Source of the DNA: Anthoceros angustus
Taxonomy: Eukaryota; Plantae; Anthocerotophyta
Assembly (NCBI GenBank): GCA_010909165.1
Contig: MU008162.1
Location: forward strand, 2,167,601-2,231,600
Direction of reading: 5' to 3'
Length of the DNA: 64,000 nucleotides
Position numbers and translations under genes: made by a program. Shown here in pieces: positions 10,213 through 24,979 of this stretch (positions within the stretch are counted from its first letter, which is position 1; the number at the start of each line of letters is the position of its first letter). Under the pieces are notes generated by a model. That model did not search any database. It worked only from the letters and a program-made list of their open reading frames with translations, and had not been told where the DNA came from.

Positions 10213-13174
10213 AACTGATACTTCCTTGCCTCTCTAGCTGGCTCTAGAGTCCCGAGTCTGGCAAGGTGTCGGGCCATGGATACAACAAATAAGTCCTATA
10301 TATTTCAGAGCAATATTAATTCCACTTGCTATGGAGAAGACACTTCGATTCCATTCAGTATGTGGAGAAGAGCCCCGATTCCACTGCTCGTGGAGAAGAC
10401 AGATCCGATTCCAAATGTCACCGTGAGAAGACACTTCCGACTCTAGCCTGTGGAGAAGACACTTCGACTCTAGTTGCTCGTGGAGAAGACGCTTCTTGAT
10501 AGAGTGCATGCCATGGCCATGGATACGATAAATTAGTCCATTAACGTCTAGATCCGATCGAAGCTTGGAGCCTCTACCGTGGCCATGGATACGACAAATT
10601 AGTCAAGTAATGTCTAGATGCGATCAAAGCTTGAGCCTCTTGGGTTCTTCCGCCATTCGATCTAAGTAATCTGTAAGGACATTCTCTTGAGAGACCGAGT
10701 AAGGACGTGTTGGGCACGTTTGTAACTTTTATTTTATAAAGCCTTAAATTTATTAAAAACAAAAGAGGATATGTTGTAAATCGATAAGATAATTATTGCA
10801 ATCGATGTGCATCCTTGTAGAATAATGCTTTATAGTCACGTATAAGCAAGATCGTAAAGGGACCATAAAAATATTTCCAAGGTGAGGGCAATGGAGTCAC
10901 CATCCAATAGTTTAAGCAAAGAATTTCAAGGCAACTACTGAGTTACCATCAAATGGTCTAAGATAGGCGTAAGATTGGCTCAAGATAGCTAGATATTTCT
11001 AAGGCGAGGACGATGAAGTCACCATCAAATGTTTTAAGCAAAGAATTTCAAGCGTCATGAGAGATAGTTACCATTAAATGATGGCTCAAGATAGTGAGAC
11101 TTTAACGGAAGATCTTCCCACTTGGTCTCCCAATGCTACGTAGTGGCTCAATGTCGGAAGAAAATATTAAAACCAATACCTCAACCTTTTGATACGAACG
11201 TGAAGAAGAAGAAAAGACACTTACTTAACCCTTAAGACACAATCCTACGTAGCTTCCTCCAAGCCATTGAGAAAATGTATTACTTCATTTACCCATTCGT
11301 GGTATTATGTGACTTCATGGCTCGCCCAAAAATTTGAGAAACGACATTTCATTTACCCATTGGTGGCATCGTTGGACTTCATGGAGTGACATCCTCACGT
11401 TCCCATCTTTTGTCTTTGCTTCTCATATCATTTTCCTTTTTGTAAATAGATAAGAATCATTTTACTTTGCTTTTGATACCACTTCGCTACAAAGCTTGGA
11501 AGAGGACATAGTAATATTAAAATATTCAATGAAACATATAGAATCAAGAAATTTATGTCTAATGCATCAACATCTATTCATCGGGGCATAAGTCTAGTAT
11601 AGTCTGCTCATTGACCAGGTGGTCCTTGGGTCCTATTTTAGATCGGCACTTAACGAGACGGCCCGTCTCGAAAAGAGGGGATCGGGACGTGGTCAAAAAT
11701 GCCTTGCAGTATCATATTTGTGAATGGCACGGTTAGTAGTACATATGGGAAGGTGAAAGTGAAGTTATCTACTAAAAGCTTTTCCTTTTGCTCCATCCTT
11801 ATGGATAAACATGTCATGTATGAAGATCATACTGAAGCTTATCTTGTTAGAGAATTTGGAGACTTTATATGTAGATATTTCAAAGTGTAGAGAATTTGGA
11901 GACTTTACATAGATATTTCAAAGTGCAAAGAATTTGGTATTGATATTTCAAAGTGTACATCAAGTCCCTGGAAGTTTAATGTTTGATATGGAGTAGGCCC
12001 GTAGAGCACTAACTGTGGCGTACAAGGGCATGATTTATAATCCACAGGGCCATGGAGCTAGGAATGGATGCCACCCACCGTCGATCCGTCCCAAGGGCGC
12101 TTTCAAGGCTGGAGTTCCAGTGAACCAAGTCTGCATGCCACTCCTTGAAGGAGGACCACAAGTATATCACCCATGAAGTGCATGCCACTCCTTGAAGGGA
12201 GGACCACAGAAGTATATCACCCATGTCAAAGCGTTGACCCCTAATTGGGCTTTTTCTAGGATCTTTTAATCGAATAAATCTGAAAATTACCCTACTAAGC
12301 TACACATATTTTCACTTGATTATTGAGGACCTCGTTGAATTCTTGAGTTATTGCGTGCTTAACTTGCCCGATCATGTCTATCGAGTGCACTCCTCCTTCT
12401 TGAGTCCATGCACACATGACAACTATGCCACTAAGGTCCTCAAGCCCGCAATGAGTGTTCATCCTCGCGCCTCGCTTATGGAGGAGGCCTTCCGATCCTT
12501 GACCGCAAACCTATAGTACGTTCTAAGAAATTCCCAAAGGCACGACTAGCGAGTTGGAAGGCTAAACTACATGCTGTCTATTTGGCCAGCATCATGAACG
12601 CCTTAGGGCAACGGAATCCCATCCCACAACATTGCGGCTTCACTCGTTTGTATCCTAGTTCGCAGTAACACAGGCCACCGAACTACACATGGGTGTTTCA
12701 AATTGGCATCGGGAGTAGTGGAACCGACCATGAGGATTTATGAAGGTGTCCGTATGGCAACATCAGCAAAATCCAAGGTCACCTTGGCTGCAAAATCCAA
12801 GGTCACCTTGGGTGCGGCACAAAATCCAAGGTCACCTTGGCTGCAGCAAAATCCAAGGTCACCTTTGCTGCAACACAAGCTCAAATTGGGCTTCAAGGGT
12901 CTTACTAGCCATTGGCAAGGTCATCCAAACCAACCTTTCAACAAAACCAACAAGTTTCTACCGCACCCAAGTTAAGATTTTGAGCGAGAAAATAGGTTGG
13001 AGACCCAAGGAACAATGTTTCTTTTGCCTCTTCACAAATTAGATGCAATTGATAATTTGGGGCTGCAGCTACTAGTATCTCCAGACCCACTGTTGTGTTC
13101 ATAAGAGTGGCGGAAGTGTTCAAAATTCTTCCGGATCTTGCTAATCGCGTAGAACTCCTTCTTCTGCATCCGTG

Positions 13175-13233
13175 TATGGCCTGACCATCCCCAAGTGGCT
13201 AGGCCCTTCTCCGCCAACACTCCATCATACGAA
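13175..13233 (+). pseudogene. LHCB: Lhcb fragment truncated at an internal junction
   Basis: [17 protein letters not shown], then a jump to another part of the unit at ATCATACGAAG. Confidence 0.85.
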
Positions 13234-14603
13234 GCTTATCTTGTTAGAGAATTTGGAGACTTTATATGTAGATATTTCAAAGTGTAGAGAATTTGGAGAC
13301 TTTACATAGATATTTCAAAGTGCAAAGAATTTGGTATTGATATTTCAAAGTGTACATCAAGTCCCGCACCGAAGTTTAATGTTTGATATGGAGTAGGCGT
13401 AGGGCACCAACAATGGCGCAGACAAGGGCATGATTTATAATCCATGTGGCCATGGAGCTAGGAATGGATGCCACCCACCCGAGCATCGATCCGTCCCAAG
13501 GGCGCTTTCAAGACTGTGGAGTTCCAGTGAACCAAGTGCATGCCACTCCTTGAAGGAGGACCACAAGAAGTATATCACCCATGAAGTGCATGCCACTGAA
13601 GGGAGGACCACAAGAAGTATATCACCCATGTCAAAGCGTTGACCCCTAATTGACGGGCTTTTTCTAGGATCTTTTAATCGAATAAATCTGAAAATTACCC
13701 TACTAAGCTACACATATTTTCACTTACGATTATTGAGGACCTCGTTGAATTCTTGAGTTATTGCGTGCTTAACTTGCCTCGATCATGTCTCAGACGGGAG
13801 TGCACTCCTCCCTTCTTGAGTCCATGCACACATGACAACTATGCCACTATGATCCTCCTCAAGCCCGCAATGAGTGTTCATCCTCCGCCTCGCTTATGGA
13901 GGAGGCCTTCCCGATCCTTGACCGCAAACCTATTAGTACGTTCTAAGAAATTCTAAAGGCCCAACGACCAGCGAGTTGGAAGGGCTAAACCACATGCCGC
14001 CTATTTGGCGTGATCCGCGAACGCCTTAGGGCAACGGAATCCCATCCCACAACATTGCGGCTTCACTCGCTTTGTATCCTAGTTCGCAGTAGACAGTGGC
14101 CACCGTTACACATGGGTGTTTCAAATTGGCATCGGGAGTAGTGGAACCGATCGCCATGAGGATTTATGAAGGTGTCCGTATGGCAACATCAAGAAAATCC
14201 AAGGTCACTCGCGGAAGAAAATCCAAGGTCACCTTGGTCGCAAAAGAAAATCCAAGGTCACCTTGGTCACAGCAAAGAAAATCCAAGGTCACCTTTGCTG
14301 CAACACAAGCTCAAATTGGGCTTCAAGGGTCTTACTAGCCATTGGCAAGGTCATCCAAACCACGCCGCAACAAAACCAACAAGTTTCTACCGCACCCAAG
14401 TTAAGATTTTGAGCGAAAATAGGTTGGAGACCCAAGGAACAATGTTTCTTTTGCCTCTTCACAAATTAGATGCAATTGATAATTTGGGGCTGCAGCTTAC
14501 TAGTATCTCCACGCCCAATTGTGTTCATAAGTCGGAGTGGCGGAGAAGTGTTCAAAATTCTTCCGGATCTTGCTAATCGCGTAGAACTCCTTCTGCATCC
14601 GTG

Positions 14604-14759
14604 TATGGCCTGACCATCCCCAAGTGGCTAGGCCCTTCTCCGCCAACACTCCATCATACCGAAGGAGAATTCCGCGACTACGATCGGCCGGGCCTATCCG
14701 CGACCCCGAGACATTCGCCAAGAACAGGAGTTGGAGGTGATCCATGACTGCGGGCTATG
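14604..14759 (+). pseudogene. LHCB: Lhcb fragment, array copy
   Basis: Same motif as 689-843, with GGAGAATTCCGCGACTAC and GAGACATTCGCCAAGAAC. Confidence 0.9.
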
Positions 14760-15169
14760 CGTGGAGTGATGCAGCGCGTGGCTGTGACACTACAAATCGT
14801 CCGAAATGCCCAACCGATCGGAGCTTGGAACATCTGGTTCTTCCTCATCTTCGATTTGAGGAATCCTCGTAGGACGTTGACTTGAGACACCGAGATAGGA
14901 CTTGCTCGGCACATTTGTAACTATTTATTTTACAAAGCGCAGAGTTTATCGAAAAAGAGAGGCTATATATGTGGTATATGGGTTCGCTAATTATCGTATT
15001 CAAAAGTAATCGTGTGATTACCTATAGATGTTATGCACTCTTCAAGGCTATAATTCCAACCTTTCATAGAGCTTATTTGGTTGATCGTAATCATAATAAT
15101 CCAAGATAAAGTCTTATTCTTTATCTTTCATTTGACTTACGAGGACAAAAGCCAATCCAAGACAAAGTT

Positions 15170-15729
15170 ATGGGTCTTTTGAATCATTTGTAATCTTCCA
15201 CTTGACTTACAAGAACAAATTATTATGAAGTATATGAGTAATGTCAAGCATGGCAAAATTGGAAGTATGTTCCAAAACTCACACTTTGCACATTAACATA
15301 TGGGGATTTATGAATGGAGATCCAAATACGTAAATCATGGCTTATCAAATATTATTATCACTTCCACATCTTGTGACATCCATTGTTCTCTATTGCCTCT
15401 ATGAAGTCAACTTTAGACCCTACCATGATGAGATGCTAATTAGTAATAAAGTTTTAGTTGACGAAGATAGAGTCAAAGATATGGTTGAAAGTCTCAATGA
15501 GCTTTATGTATGGTCAAATCTCCCAAAAGTTCAAGACATCATCACCTTTGAAAAGGAAGTCACATATGAAGAATTTGTGTATCCACCAGAGAATAATGTT
15601 TCGTGGTCACATACAAGCAAGCATGCATGGAAAGGGACGATATATGCCCATTATAACTCTTGGACTAGGAATAATGAAATCTTGAATCAGCAATGCCCCC
15701 ATGAAACCATTCCACAAGCTATGCCATGA
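15170..15729 (+). pseudogene. Copy of unknown ORF with open C-terminal half
   Basis: ORF 15337..15729 reads through YPPENNVSW...CPHETIPQAMP*. Confidence 0.5.
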
Positions 15730-18700
15730 AACCTTATACTTGCCTCTCTAGTCACCGGGCTCTAGAGTCCCGAGTCTGGCAAGCAGCGTGTCGTGGCCAT
15801 GGATACAACAAATAAGTCCTATATATTTCGTAGCAATATTAATTCCACTGCTATGGAGAAGACACTTCCGATTCCACCGTCATTTGTATGTGGAGAAGAC
15901 AGATCCGATTCCACTGCTCGTTGTGGAGAAGACAGATCCGATTCCGGCCATTGTGGAGAAGACACTTCGACTCTACCGCCGGAGAAGACACTTCGACTCT
16001 AGTCATGTGAGAAGACGCTTGATAGAGTGCATGCCATGGCCATGGATACGATAAATTAGTCAAGTAATGTCTAGATGCGATCAAAGCTTGGAGCCTCTAC
16101 CGTGGCCATGGATACGACAAATTAGTCAAGTAATGTCTAGATGCGATCAAAGCTTGGAGCCTCTTGGGTTCTTCCGCCATTCGATCTAAGTAATCTTTGT
16201 AAGGACATTCTCTTGAGAGACCGAGTAAGGACGTGTTGGGCACGTTTGTAACTTTTTATTTTATAAAGCCTTAAATTTATTAAAAACAAAAGAGGATATG
16301 TTGTAAATCGATAAGATAATTATTGCAATCGATGTGCATCCTTGTAGAATAATGCTTTATCACGTATAAGCAAGATCGTAAAGGGACCATAAAAATATTT
16401 CCAAGGTGAGGGCAATGGAGTCACCATCCAATAGTTTAAGCAAAGAATTTCAAGGCGAAGAGTTACCATCAAATGGTCTAAGATAGGAAGATTGGCTCAA
16501 GATAGCGAGATATTTCTAAGGCGAGGACGATGAAGTCACCATCAAATGTTTTAAGCAAAGAATTTCAAGGCGAACTGCTGGAGATAGTTACCATTAAATG
16601 ATGGCTCAAGATAGTGAGACTTTAACGGAAGATCTTCCCACCGATCTCCCAATGCTACGAGTGGCTCAATGGGAAGAAAATATTAAAACCAATACCTCAA
16701 CCTTTTGATACGTAACGTAGGAGAAGAAGAAGACACTTACTTAACCCTTAAGACACAATCCTCGTAGCTTGGTCTCCGATTGAGAAAATGTATTACTTCA
16801 TTTACCCATTCGTGGTATTATGTGACTTCATGGCTCGCCTCCAAAAATTTGAGAAACGTATTACTTCATTTACCCATTGGTGGCATCGTTGGACTTCATG
16901 GAGTGACATCTCTCACTTCCCCATCTTTTGTCTTTGCTTCTCATATCATTTTCCTTTTTGTAAATAGATAAGAATCATTTTACTTTGCTTTTGATACCAC
17001 TTTCGCTACAAAGCTTGGAAGAGGACATAGTAATATTAAAATATTCAATGAAACATATAGAATCAAGAAATTTATGTCTAATGCATCAACATCTATTCAT
17101 CGGGGCATAAGTCTAGTATAGTCTGCTCATTGACCGGTGTCCTTGGGTCCTATTTTAGATCTAAGACTTAACGAGTCTGCCCCAAAAAGAGGGCAGGATC
17201 TGGGCTGGACGTGGTCAAAAATGCCTTGCTTCGTATCATATTTGTGAATGGCACGGTTAGTAGTACATATGGGAAGGTGAAAGTAAGTTATCTACTAAAA
17301 GCTTTTCCTTTTGCTCCATCCTTATGGATAAACATGTCATGTATGAAGATCATCTGAAGCTTATCTTGTTAGAGAATTTGGAGACTTTATATGTAGATAT
17401 TTCAAAGTGTAGAGAATTTGGAGACTTTACATAGATATTTCAAAGTGCAAAGAATTTGGTATTGATATTTCAAAGTGTACATCAAGTCCCGCACGAAGTT
17501 TAATGTTTGATATGGAGTAGGCCCGTAGGGCACTAACAATCAAGTGCACAAGGGCATGATTTATAATCCACAGGCCATGGAGCTAGGAATGGATGCCACC
17601 CACCGAAATCGATCCGCCCCAAGGACGCTTTCAAGACTGTGGAGTTCCGTGAACCAAGTGCATGCCACTCCTTGAAGGAGGACCACAAAGTATATCACCC
17701 ATGAAGTCTCGCATGCCACTCCTTGAAGGAGGACCACAAGAAGTATATCACCCATGTCAAAGCGTTGACCCCTAATTGACGGGCTTTTTCTAGGATCTTT
17801 AATCGAATAAATCTGAAAATTACCCTACTAAGCTACACATATTTTCACTCGATTATTGAGGACCTCGTTGAATTCTTGAGTTATTGCGGCTTAACTTGCC
17901 CCGATCATGTCTCGTGACGGGAGTGCACTCCTCCTTCTTGAGTCCATGCACACATGACAACTATGCCACTATGATCGCCCCTCAAGCCCGCAATGAGTGT
18001 TCATCCTCGCTTATGGAGGAGGCCTTCCGATCCTTGACACCGCAAACCTAATAGTAATGCTCTAAGAAATTCCCAAAGGCCCGAACGACTAGCGAGTTGG
18101 AAGGGCTAAACTATGTCACCTATTTGGCCAGCGAACGCCTTAGGGCAACGGAATCCCATCCCACAACATTGCGGCTTCACTCGTTTGTATCCTAGTTCGC
18201 AGTAACCAGGCCACCGCTACATGGGTGTTTCAAATTGGCATCGGGAGTAGTGGAACCGACCGCCATGAGGATTTATGAAGGTGTCATGGCAACATCAGAA
18301 AATCCAAGGTCATTTTGCAGAAGAAAATCCAAGGTCACCTTAGAAGAAAATCCAAGGTCACCTTGGCTGAACAAAATCCAAGGTCACCTTATCGCAGTAA
18401 GAAAATCCAAGGTCACCTTTGCTGCAACACAAGCTCAAATTGGGCTTCAAGGGTCTTACTAGCCATTGGCAAGGTCATCCAAACCATCGCCGCAACAAAA
18501 CCAACAAGTTTCTACCGCACCCAAGTTAAGATTTTGAGCAGAAAATAGGTTGGAGACCCAAGGAACAATGTTTCTTTTGCCTCTTCACAAATTAGATGCA
18601 ATTGATAATTTGGGGCTGCAGCTTACTAGTATCTCCACGCCTAGCCCCACTTGTGTTCATAAGCTGGAGTGAAAACTGGAGAAGTGTTCAAAATTCTTCC

Positions 18701-18747
18701 GGATCTTGCTAATCTGGCACCGTAGAACTCCTTCTGCTGCATCCGTG

Positions 18748-18893
18748 TATGGCGACCATCCCAAGTGGCTAGGCCCTTCTCCGCCAACACTCCATCATAC
18801 GAAGGAGAATTCACCACGATCGCGATGCCGCCTATCCGCGACCCCGAGACATTCGCCAAGAATGTGGAGTTGAGGTGATCCATACCGGGCTAT
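18748..18893 (+). pseudogene. LHCB: Lhcb fragment, array copy
   Basis: Same motif as 689-843. Confidence 0.88.
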
Positions 18894-19302
18894 CTGTGGA
18901 GTGACGCGCGTGGCCGTGACACTACAAATCGGTCCAAATGCCCAAATCCGATCGGAGCTTGGAACATCTCCGGTTCTTCCTCATCTTCGATTTGAGGAAT
19001 CCTCGTAGGACGTTGACTTGAGACACCGAGATAGGACTTGCTCGGCACATTTGTAACTATTTATTTTACAAAGCGCAGAGTTTATCGAAAAAGAGAGGCT
19101 ATATATGTGGTATATGGGTTCGCTAATTATCGTATTCAAAAGTAATCGTGTGATTACCTATAGATGCACTCTTCAAGGCTATAATTCCAACCTTTCATAG
19201 AGCTTATTTGGTTGATCGGCGAATCATAATAATCCAAGATAAAGTCTTATTCTTTATCTTTCATTTGACTTACGAGGACGAAAGCCAATCCAAGACAAAG
19301 TT

Positions 19303-19864
19303 ATGGGTCTTTTCGAATCTGTTTGTAATCTTCCACTTGACTTACAAGAACAAATTATTATGAAGTATATGAGTAATGTCGAAGCATGGCAAAATTGGAA
19401 GTATGTTCCAAAAACTCACACTTTGCACATTAACATATGGGGATTTATGAATGGAGATCCAAATACGTAAATCATGGCTTATCAAATATTATTATCACTT
19501 CCACATCTTGTGACATCCATTGTTCTCTATTGCCTCTATGAAGTCAACTTTAGACCCTACCATGATGAGATGCTAATTAGTAATAAAGTTTTAGTTGACG
19601 AAGATAGAGTCAAAGATATGGTTGAAAGTCTCAATGAGCTTTATGTATGGTCAAATCTCCCAAAAGTTCAAGACATCATCACCTTTGAAAAGGAAGTCAC
19701 ATATGAAGAATTTGTGTATCCACCGTAGAATAATGTTTCGTGGTCACATACAAGCAAGCATGCATGGAAAGGGACGATATATGCCCATTATAACTCTTGG
19801 ACTAGGAATAATGAAATCTTGAATCGAATGCCCCCATGAAACCATTCCACAAGCTATGCCATGA
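19303..19864 (+). CDS. Best-preserved copy of an unknown ~187-aa ORF with F-box-like N-terminal motif (may be intact; apparent stops adjoin CG sites)
   Basis: One frame from ATG 19303 reads MGLFESVCNLPLDLQEQIIMKYMSNVEAWQNWKYVPKTHTLHINIWGFMNGDPNT*IMAYQILL...EEFVYPP*NNVSWSHTSKHAWKGTIYAHYNSWTRNNEILN. The two stops (ACG-TAA 19468, CCG-TAG 19726) are GAA and GAG in other copies (51274; 15589). Confidence 0.5.
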
Positions 19865-22800
19865 AACTGATACTTCCTTGCCTCTCTAGCGGCTCTAGAG
19901 TCCCGAGTCCGGCAAGCAGCGTGTCGTGGCCATGGATACAACAAATAAGTCCTATATATTTCGTAGCAATATTAATTCCGTGCTTGCTATGGAGAAGACA
20001 CTTCGATTCCGCTGCTGATGTGGAGAAGAGCCTCGATTCCAAATTGCTCGCTGTGGAGAAGATGATCCCGATTCCACCGTCACTGTGGAGAAGACACTTC
20101 GACTCTAGTCAGGAGAAGACGCTTCCTGACTCTAGCTGCTCGCTGTGGAGAAGACTCTTCTTGATAGAGTGCATGCCATGGCCATGGATACGATAAATTA
20201 GTCCACTAACGTCTAGATCCGATCGAAGCTTGGAGCCCCTCTACCGTGGCCATGGATACGACAAATTAGTCAAGTAATGTCTAGATGCGATCAAAGCTTG
20301 GAGCCTCGTGGGTTCTTCCGGCCATTCGATCTAAGTAATGCTGTAAGGACATTCTCTTGAGAGACCGAGTAAGGACGTGTTGGGCACGTTTGTAACTTTT
20401 TATTTTATAAAGCCTTAAATTTATTAAAACAAAAGAGGATATGTTGTAAATCGATAAGATAATTATTGCAATCGATGTGCATCCTTGTAGAATAATGCTT
20501 TATCGTCACGTATAAGCAAGATCGTAAAGGGACCATAAAAATATTCAAGGTGAGGGCAATGGAGTCACCATCCAATAGTTTAAGCAAAGAATTTCAAGTA
20601 ACCACGAAAGTTACCATCAAATGGTCTAAGATAGAAGATTGGCTCAAGATAGCGTAGATATTTCTAAGGCGAGGACGATGAAGTCACCATCAAATGTTTT
20701 AAGCAAAGAATTTCAAGGCAGAATCAAGAGAGATAGTTACCATTAAATGATGGCTCAAGATAGTGAGACTTTAACGGAAGATCTTCCCACTTGACAGCCT
20801 CCCAATGCTACGTAGTGGCTCAATCTTTGGGAAGAAAATATTAAAACCAATACCTCAACCTTTTGATACGTAATGAGAAGAAGAAAAGACACTTACTTAA
20901 CCCTTAAGACACAATCCTACGTAGTCGGTCTCCAAGCCATTGAGAAAATGTATTACTTCATTTACCCATTCGTGGTATTATGTGACTTCATGGCTCCGCC
21001 TCCAAAAATTTGAGAAACGTATTACTTCATTTACCCATTGGTGGCATCATTGGACTTCATGGAGTGACATCTCTCATTCCCATCTTTTGTCTTTGCTTTA
21101 AACATTTTCCTTTTTGTAAATAGATAAGAATCATTTTACTTTGCTTTTGATACCACTTTCGCTACAAAGCTTGGAAGAGGACATAGTAATATTAAAATAT
21201 TCAATGAAACATATAGAATCAAGAAATTTATGTCTAATGCATCAACATCTATTCATCGGGCATAAGTCTAGTATAGTATCATGAGGGTCCTTGGGTCCTA
21301 TTTTAGATCGACTTAACGAGACCGCCCTCAAAAGAGGGCGGATGGGCCTGACGTGGTCAAAAATGCCTTGCTTCGTATCATATTTGTGAATGGCACGGTT
21401 AGTAGTACATATGGGAAGGTGAAAGTGAAGTTATCTACTAAAAGCTTTTCCTTTTGCTCCATCCTTATGGATAAACATGTCATGTATGAAGATCATACAA
21501 GCTTATCTTGTTAGAGAATTTGGAGACTTTATATGTAGATATTTCAAAGTGTAGAGAATTTGGAGACTTTACATAGATATTTCAAAGTGCAAAGAATTTG
21601 GTATTGATATTTCAAAGTGTACATCAAGTCCCGACCGGAAGTTTAATGTTTGATATGGAGTAGGCCCGTAGGGCACCAACAACCTGCGGCGCATAAGGGC
21701 ATGATTTATAATCCACGTGGCCATGGAGCTAGGAATGGATGCCACCCACCGCATCGATCCGTCCCAAGGACGCTTTCAAGACTGTGGAGTTCCAAAGGAA
21801 CCAAGTCTGCATGCCACTCCTTGAAGGAGGACCACAAGAAGTATATCACCCATGAAGTCGCATGCCACTCCTTGAAGGAGGACCACAAGAAGTATATCAC
21901 CCATGTCAAAGCGTTGACCCCTAATTGACTTGTTTTTCTAGGATCTTTTAATCGAATAAATCTGAAAATTACCCTACTAAGCTACACATATTTTCACTCG
22001 ATTATTGAGGACCTCGTTGAATTCTTGAGTTATTGGCTTAACTTGCCCGATCATGTCTCAGACGGGAGTGCACTCCCTTCTTGAGTCCATGCACACATGA
22101 CAACTATGCCACTATGACCGTCCTCAAGCCATTGAGAAAATGTATTACTTCATTTACCCATTCGTGGTATTATGTGACTTCATGGCTCCCCGCCTCCAAA
22201 AATTTGAGAAACGACTTCATTTACCCATTGGTGGCATCATTGGACTTCATGGAGTGACATCCTCATCGCTCCCATCTTTTGTCTTTGCTTCTCATATCAT
22301 TTTCCTTTTTGTAAATAGATAAGAATCATTTTACTTTGCTTTTGATACCACTTTCGCTACAAAGCTTGGAAGAGGACATAGTAATATTAAAATATTCAAT
22401 GAAACATATAGAATCAAGAAATTTATGTCTAATGCATCAACATCTATTCATCGGGCATAAGTCTAGTATAGTCTGCTCATTGACCAGGTGGTCCTTGGGT
22501 CCTATTTTAGATCGGCACTTAACCAGACCGTCTCCCCTCAAAAGAGGGCGAGGATCGGGCTGGACGTGGTCAAAAATGCCTTGCGTATCATATTTGTGAA
22601 TGGCACCTTAGTAGTACATATGGGAAGGTGAAAGTGAAGTTATCTACTAAAAGCTTTTCCTTTTGCTCCATCCTTATGGATAAACATGTCATGTATGAAG
22701 ATCATACTGAAGCTTATCTTGTTAGAGAATTTGGAGACTTTATATGTAGATATTTCAAAGTGTAGAGAATTTGGAGACTTTACATAGATATTTCAAAGTG

Positions 22801-24979
22801 CAAAGAATTTGGTATTGATATTTCAAAGTGTACATCAAGTCCCGACGGAAGTTTAATGTTTGATATGGAGTAGGCCGTAGGGCACTAACAATGGCGGCGC
22901 ATAAGGGCATGATTTATAATCCATGGCCATGGAGCTAGGAATGGATGCCACCCACCCGAGCATCGATCCGTCCCAAGGACGCTTTCAAGACTGTGGAGTT
23001 CCAGTGAACCAAGTGCATGCCACTCCTTGAAGGAGGACCACAAGAAGTATATCACCCATGAAGTCTCGCATGCCACTCCTTGAAGGGAGGACCACAAGAA
23101 GTATATCACCCATGTCAAAGCGTTGACCCCTAATTGACGGGCTTTTCTAGGATCTTTTAATCGAATAAATCTGAAAATTACCCTACTAAGCTACACATAT
23201 TTTCACTTCTGATTATTGAGGACCTCGTTGAATTCTTGAGTTATTGCGTGCTTAACTTGCCCTGATCATGTCTCGTATCGGGGAGTGCACTCCTCCCTTC
23301 TTGAGTCCATGCACACATGACAACTATGCCACTATGACTGTCCTCAAGCCCGCAATGAGTGTTCATCCTCGCTGCCTCGCTTATGGAGGAGGCCTTCCGA
23401 TCCTTGACACGCAAACCTATTAGTACGTTCTAAGAAATTCCCAAAGGCTGAACGACTAGCGAGTTGGAAGGGCTAAACTACATGCTGTCTATTTGGCCAG
23501 CATCCGCGAACTTTTAGGGCAATGGAATCCCATCCCACAACATTGCGGCTTCACTCGTTTGTATCCTAGTTCTGTAAGCAAAATACCACACATGGGTGTT
23601 TCAAATTGGCATGGAGTGGAACCGACCGTCATGAGGATTTATGAAGGTGTCCGCATGGCAACATCAGAAAATCCAAGGTCACCTGCGAAGAAAATCCAAG
23701 GTCACCTTGGCCGCAAAAGAAAATCCAAGGTCAGGCGAAAAATCCAAGGTCACCTTTGCTGCAACACAAGCTCAAATTGGGCTTCAAGGGTCTTACTAGC
23801 CATTGGCAAGGTCATCCAAACCACTGCAACAAAACCAACAAGTTTCACCGCACCCAAGTTAAGATTTTGAGCGAGAAAATAGGTTGGAGACCCAAGGAAC
23901 AAGTCTGCATGCCACTCCTTGAAGGAGGACCACAAGAAGTATATCACCCATGAAGTCTCGCATGCCACTCCTTGAAGGGAGGACCACAAGAAGTATATCA
24001 CCCATGTCAAAGCGTTGACCCCTAATTGACGGGCTTTTCTAGGATCTTTTAATCGAATAAATCTGAAAATTACCCTACTAAGCTACACATATTTTCACTC
24101 GATTATTGAGGACCTCGTTGAATTCTTGAGTTATTGCGTGCTTAACTTGCCCGATCATGTCTCAGACGGGAGTGCACTCCTCCTTCTTGAGTCCATGCAC
24201 ACATGACAACTATGCCACTATGACCGCCCTCAAGCCCAAGAATGAGTGTTCATCCTCACCGCTTATGGAGGAGGCCTTCCGATCCTTGACCGCAAACCTA
24301 ATAGTACGTTCTAAGAAATTCCCAAAGGCCCGAACGACTAGCGAGTTGGAAGGGCTAAACTACATGCTGTCTATTTGGAGCCCGCCGAACGCCTTAGGGC
24401 AACGGAATCCCATCCCACAACATTGCGGCTTCACTCGTTTGTATCCTAGTTCGTGTAACGACAGGCCACCAGTGCTACACATGGGTGTTTCAAATTGGCA
24501 TCGTGAGTGGAACCGACCGTCATGAGGATTTATGAAGGTGTCCGTGTATGGCAACATCAGCAAAATCCAAGGTCACCTTGGTCGGGCAAAATCCAAGGTC
24601 ACCTTTACGCAGCAAAAGAAAATCCAAGGTCACCTTATCGCGAGCAAAATCCAAGGTCACCTTGCTGCAACACAAGCTCAAATTGGGCTTCAAGGGTCTT
24701 ACTAGCCATTGGCAAGGTCATCCAAACCATCATGCAACAAAACCAACAAGTTTCTACCGCACCCAAGTTAAGATTTTGAGCAGAAAAAAAGGTTGGAGAC
24801 CCAAGGAACAATGTTTCTTTTGCCTCTTCACAAATTAGATGCAATTGATAATTTGGGGCTGCAGCTTACTAGTATCTCCACGCCCAGCCCCATTGTGTTC
24901 ATGTCGGAGTGAAACCGGAGAAGTGTTCAAAATTCTTCGGATCTTGCTAACTGCAATCAGAACTCCTTCTTGCATCCGG

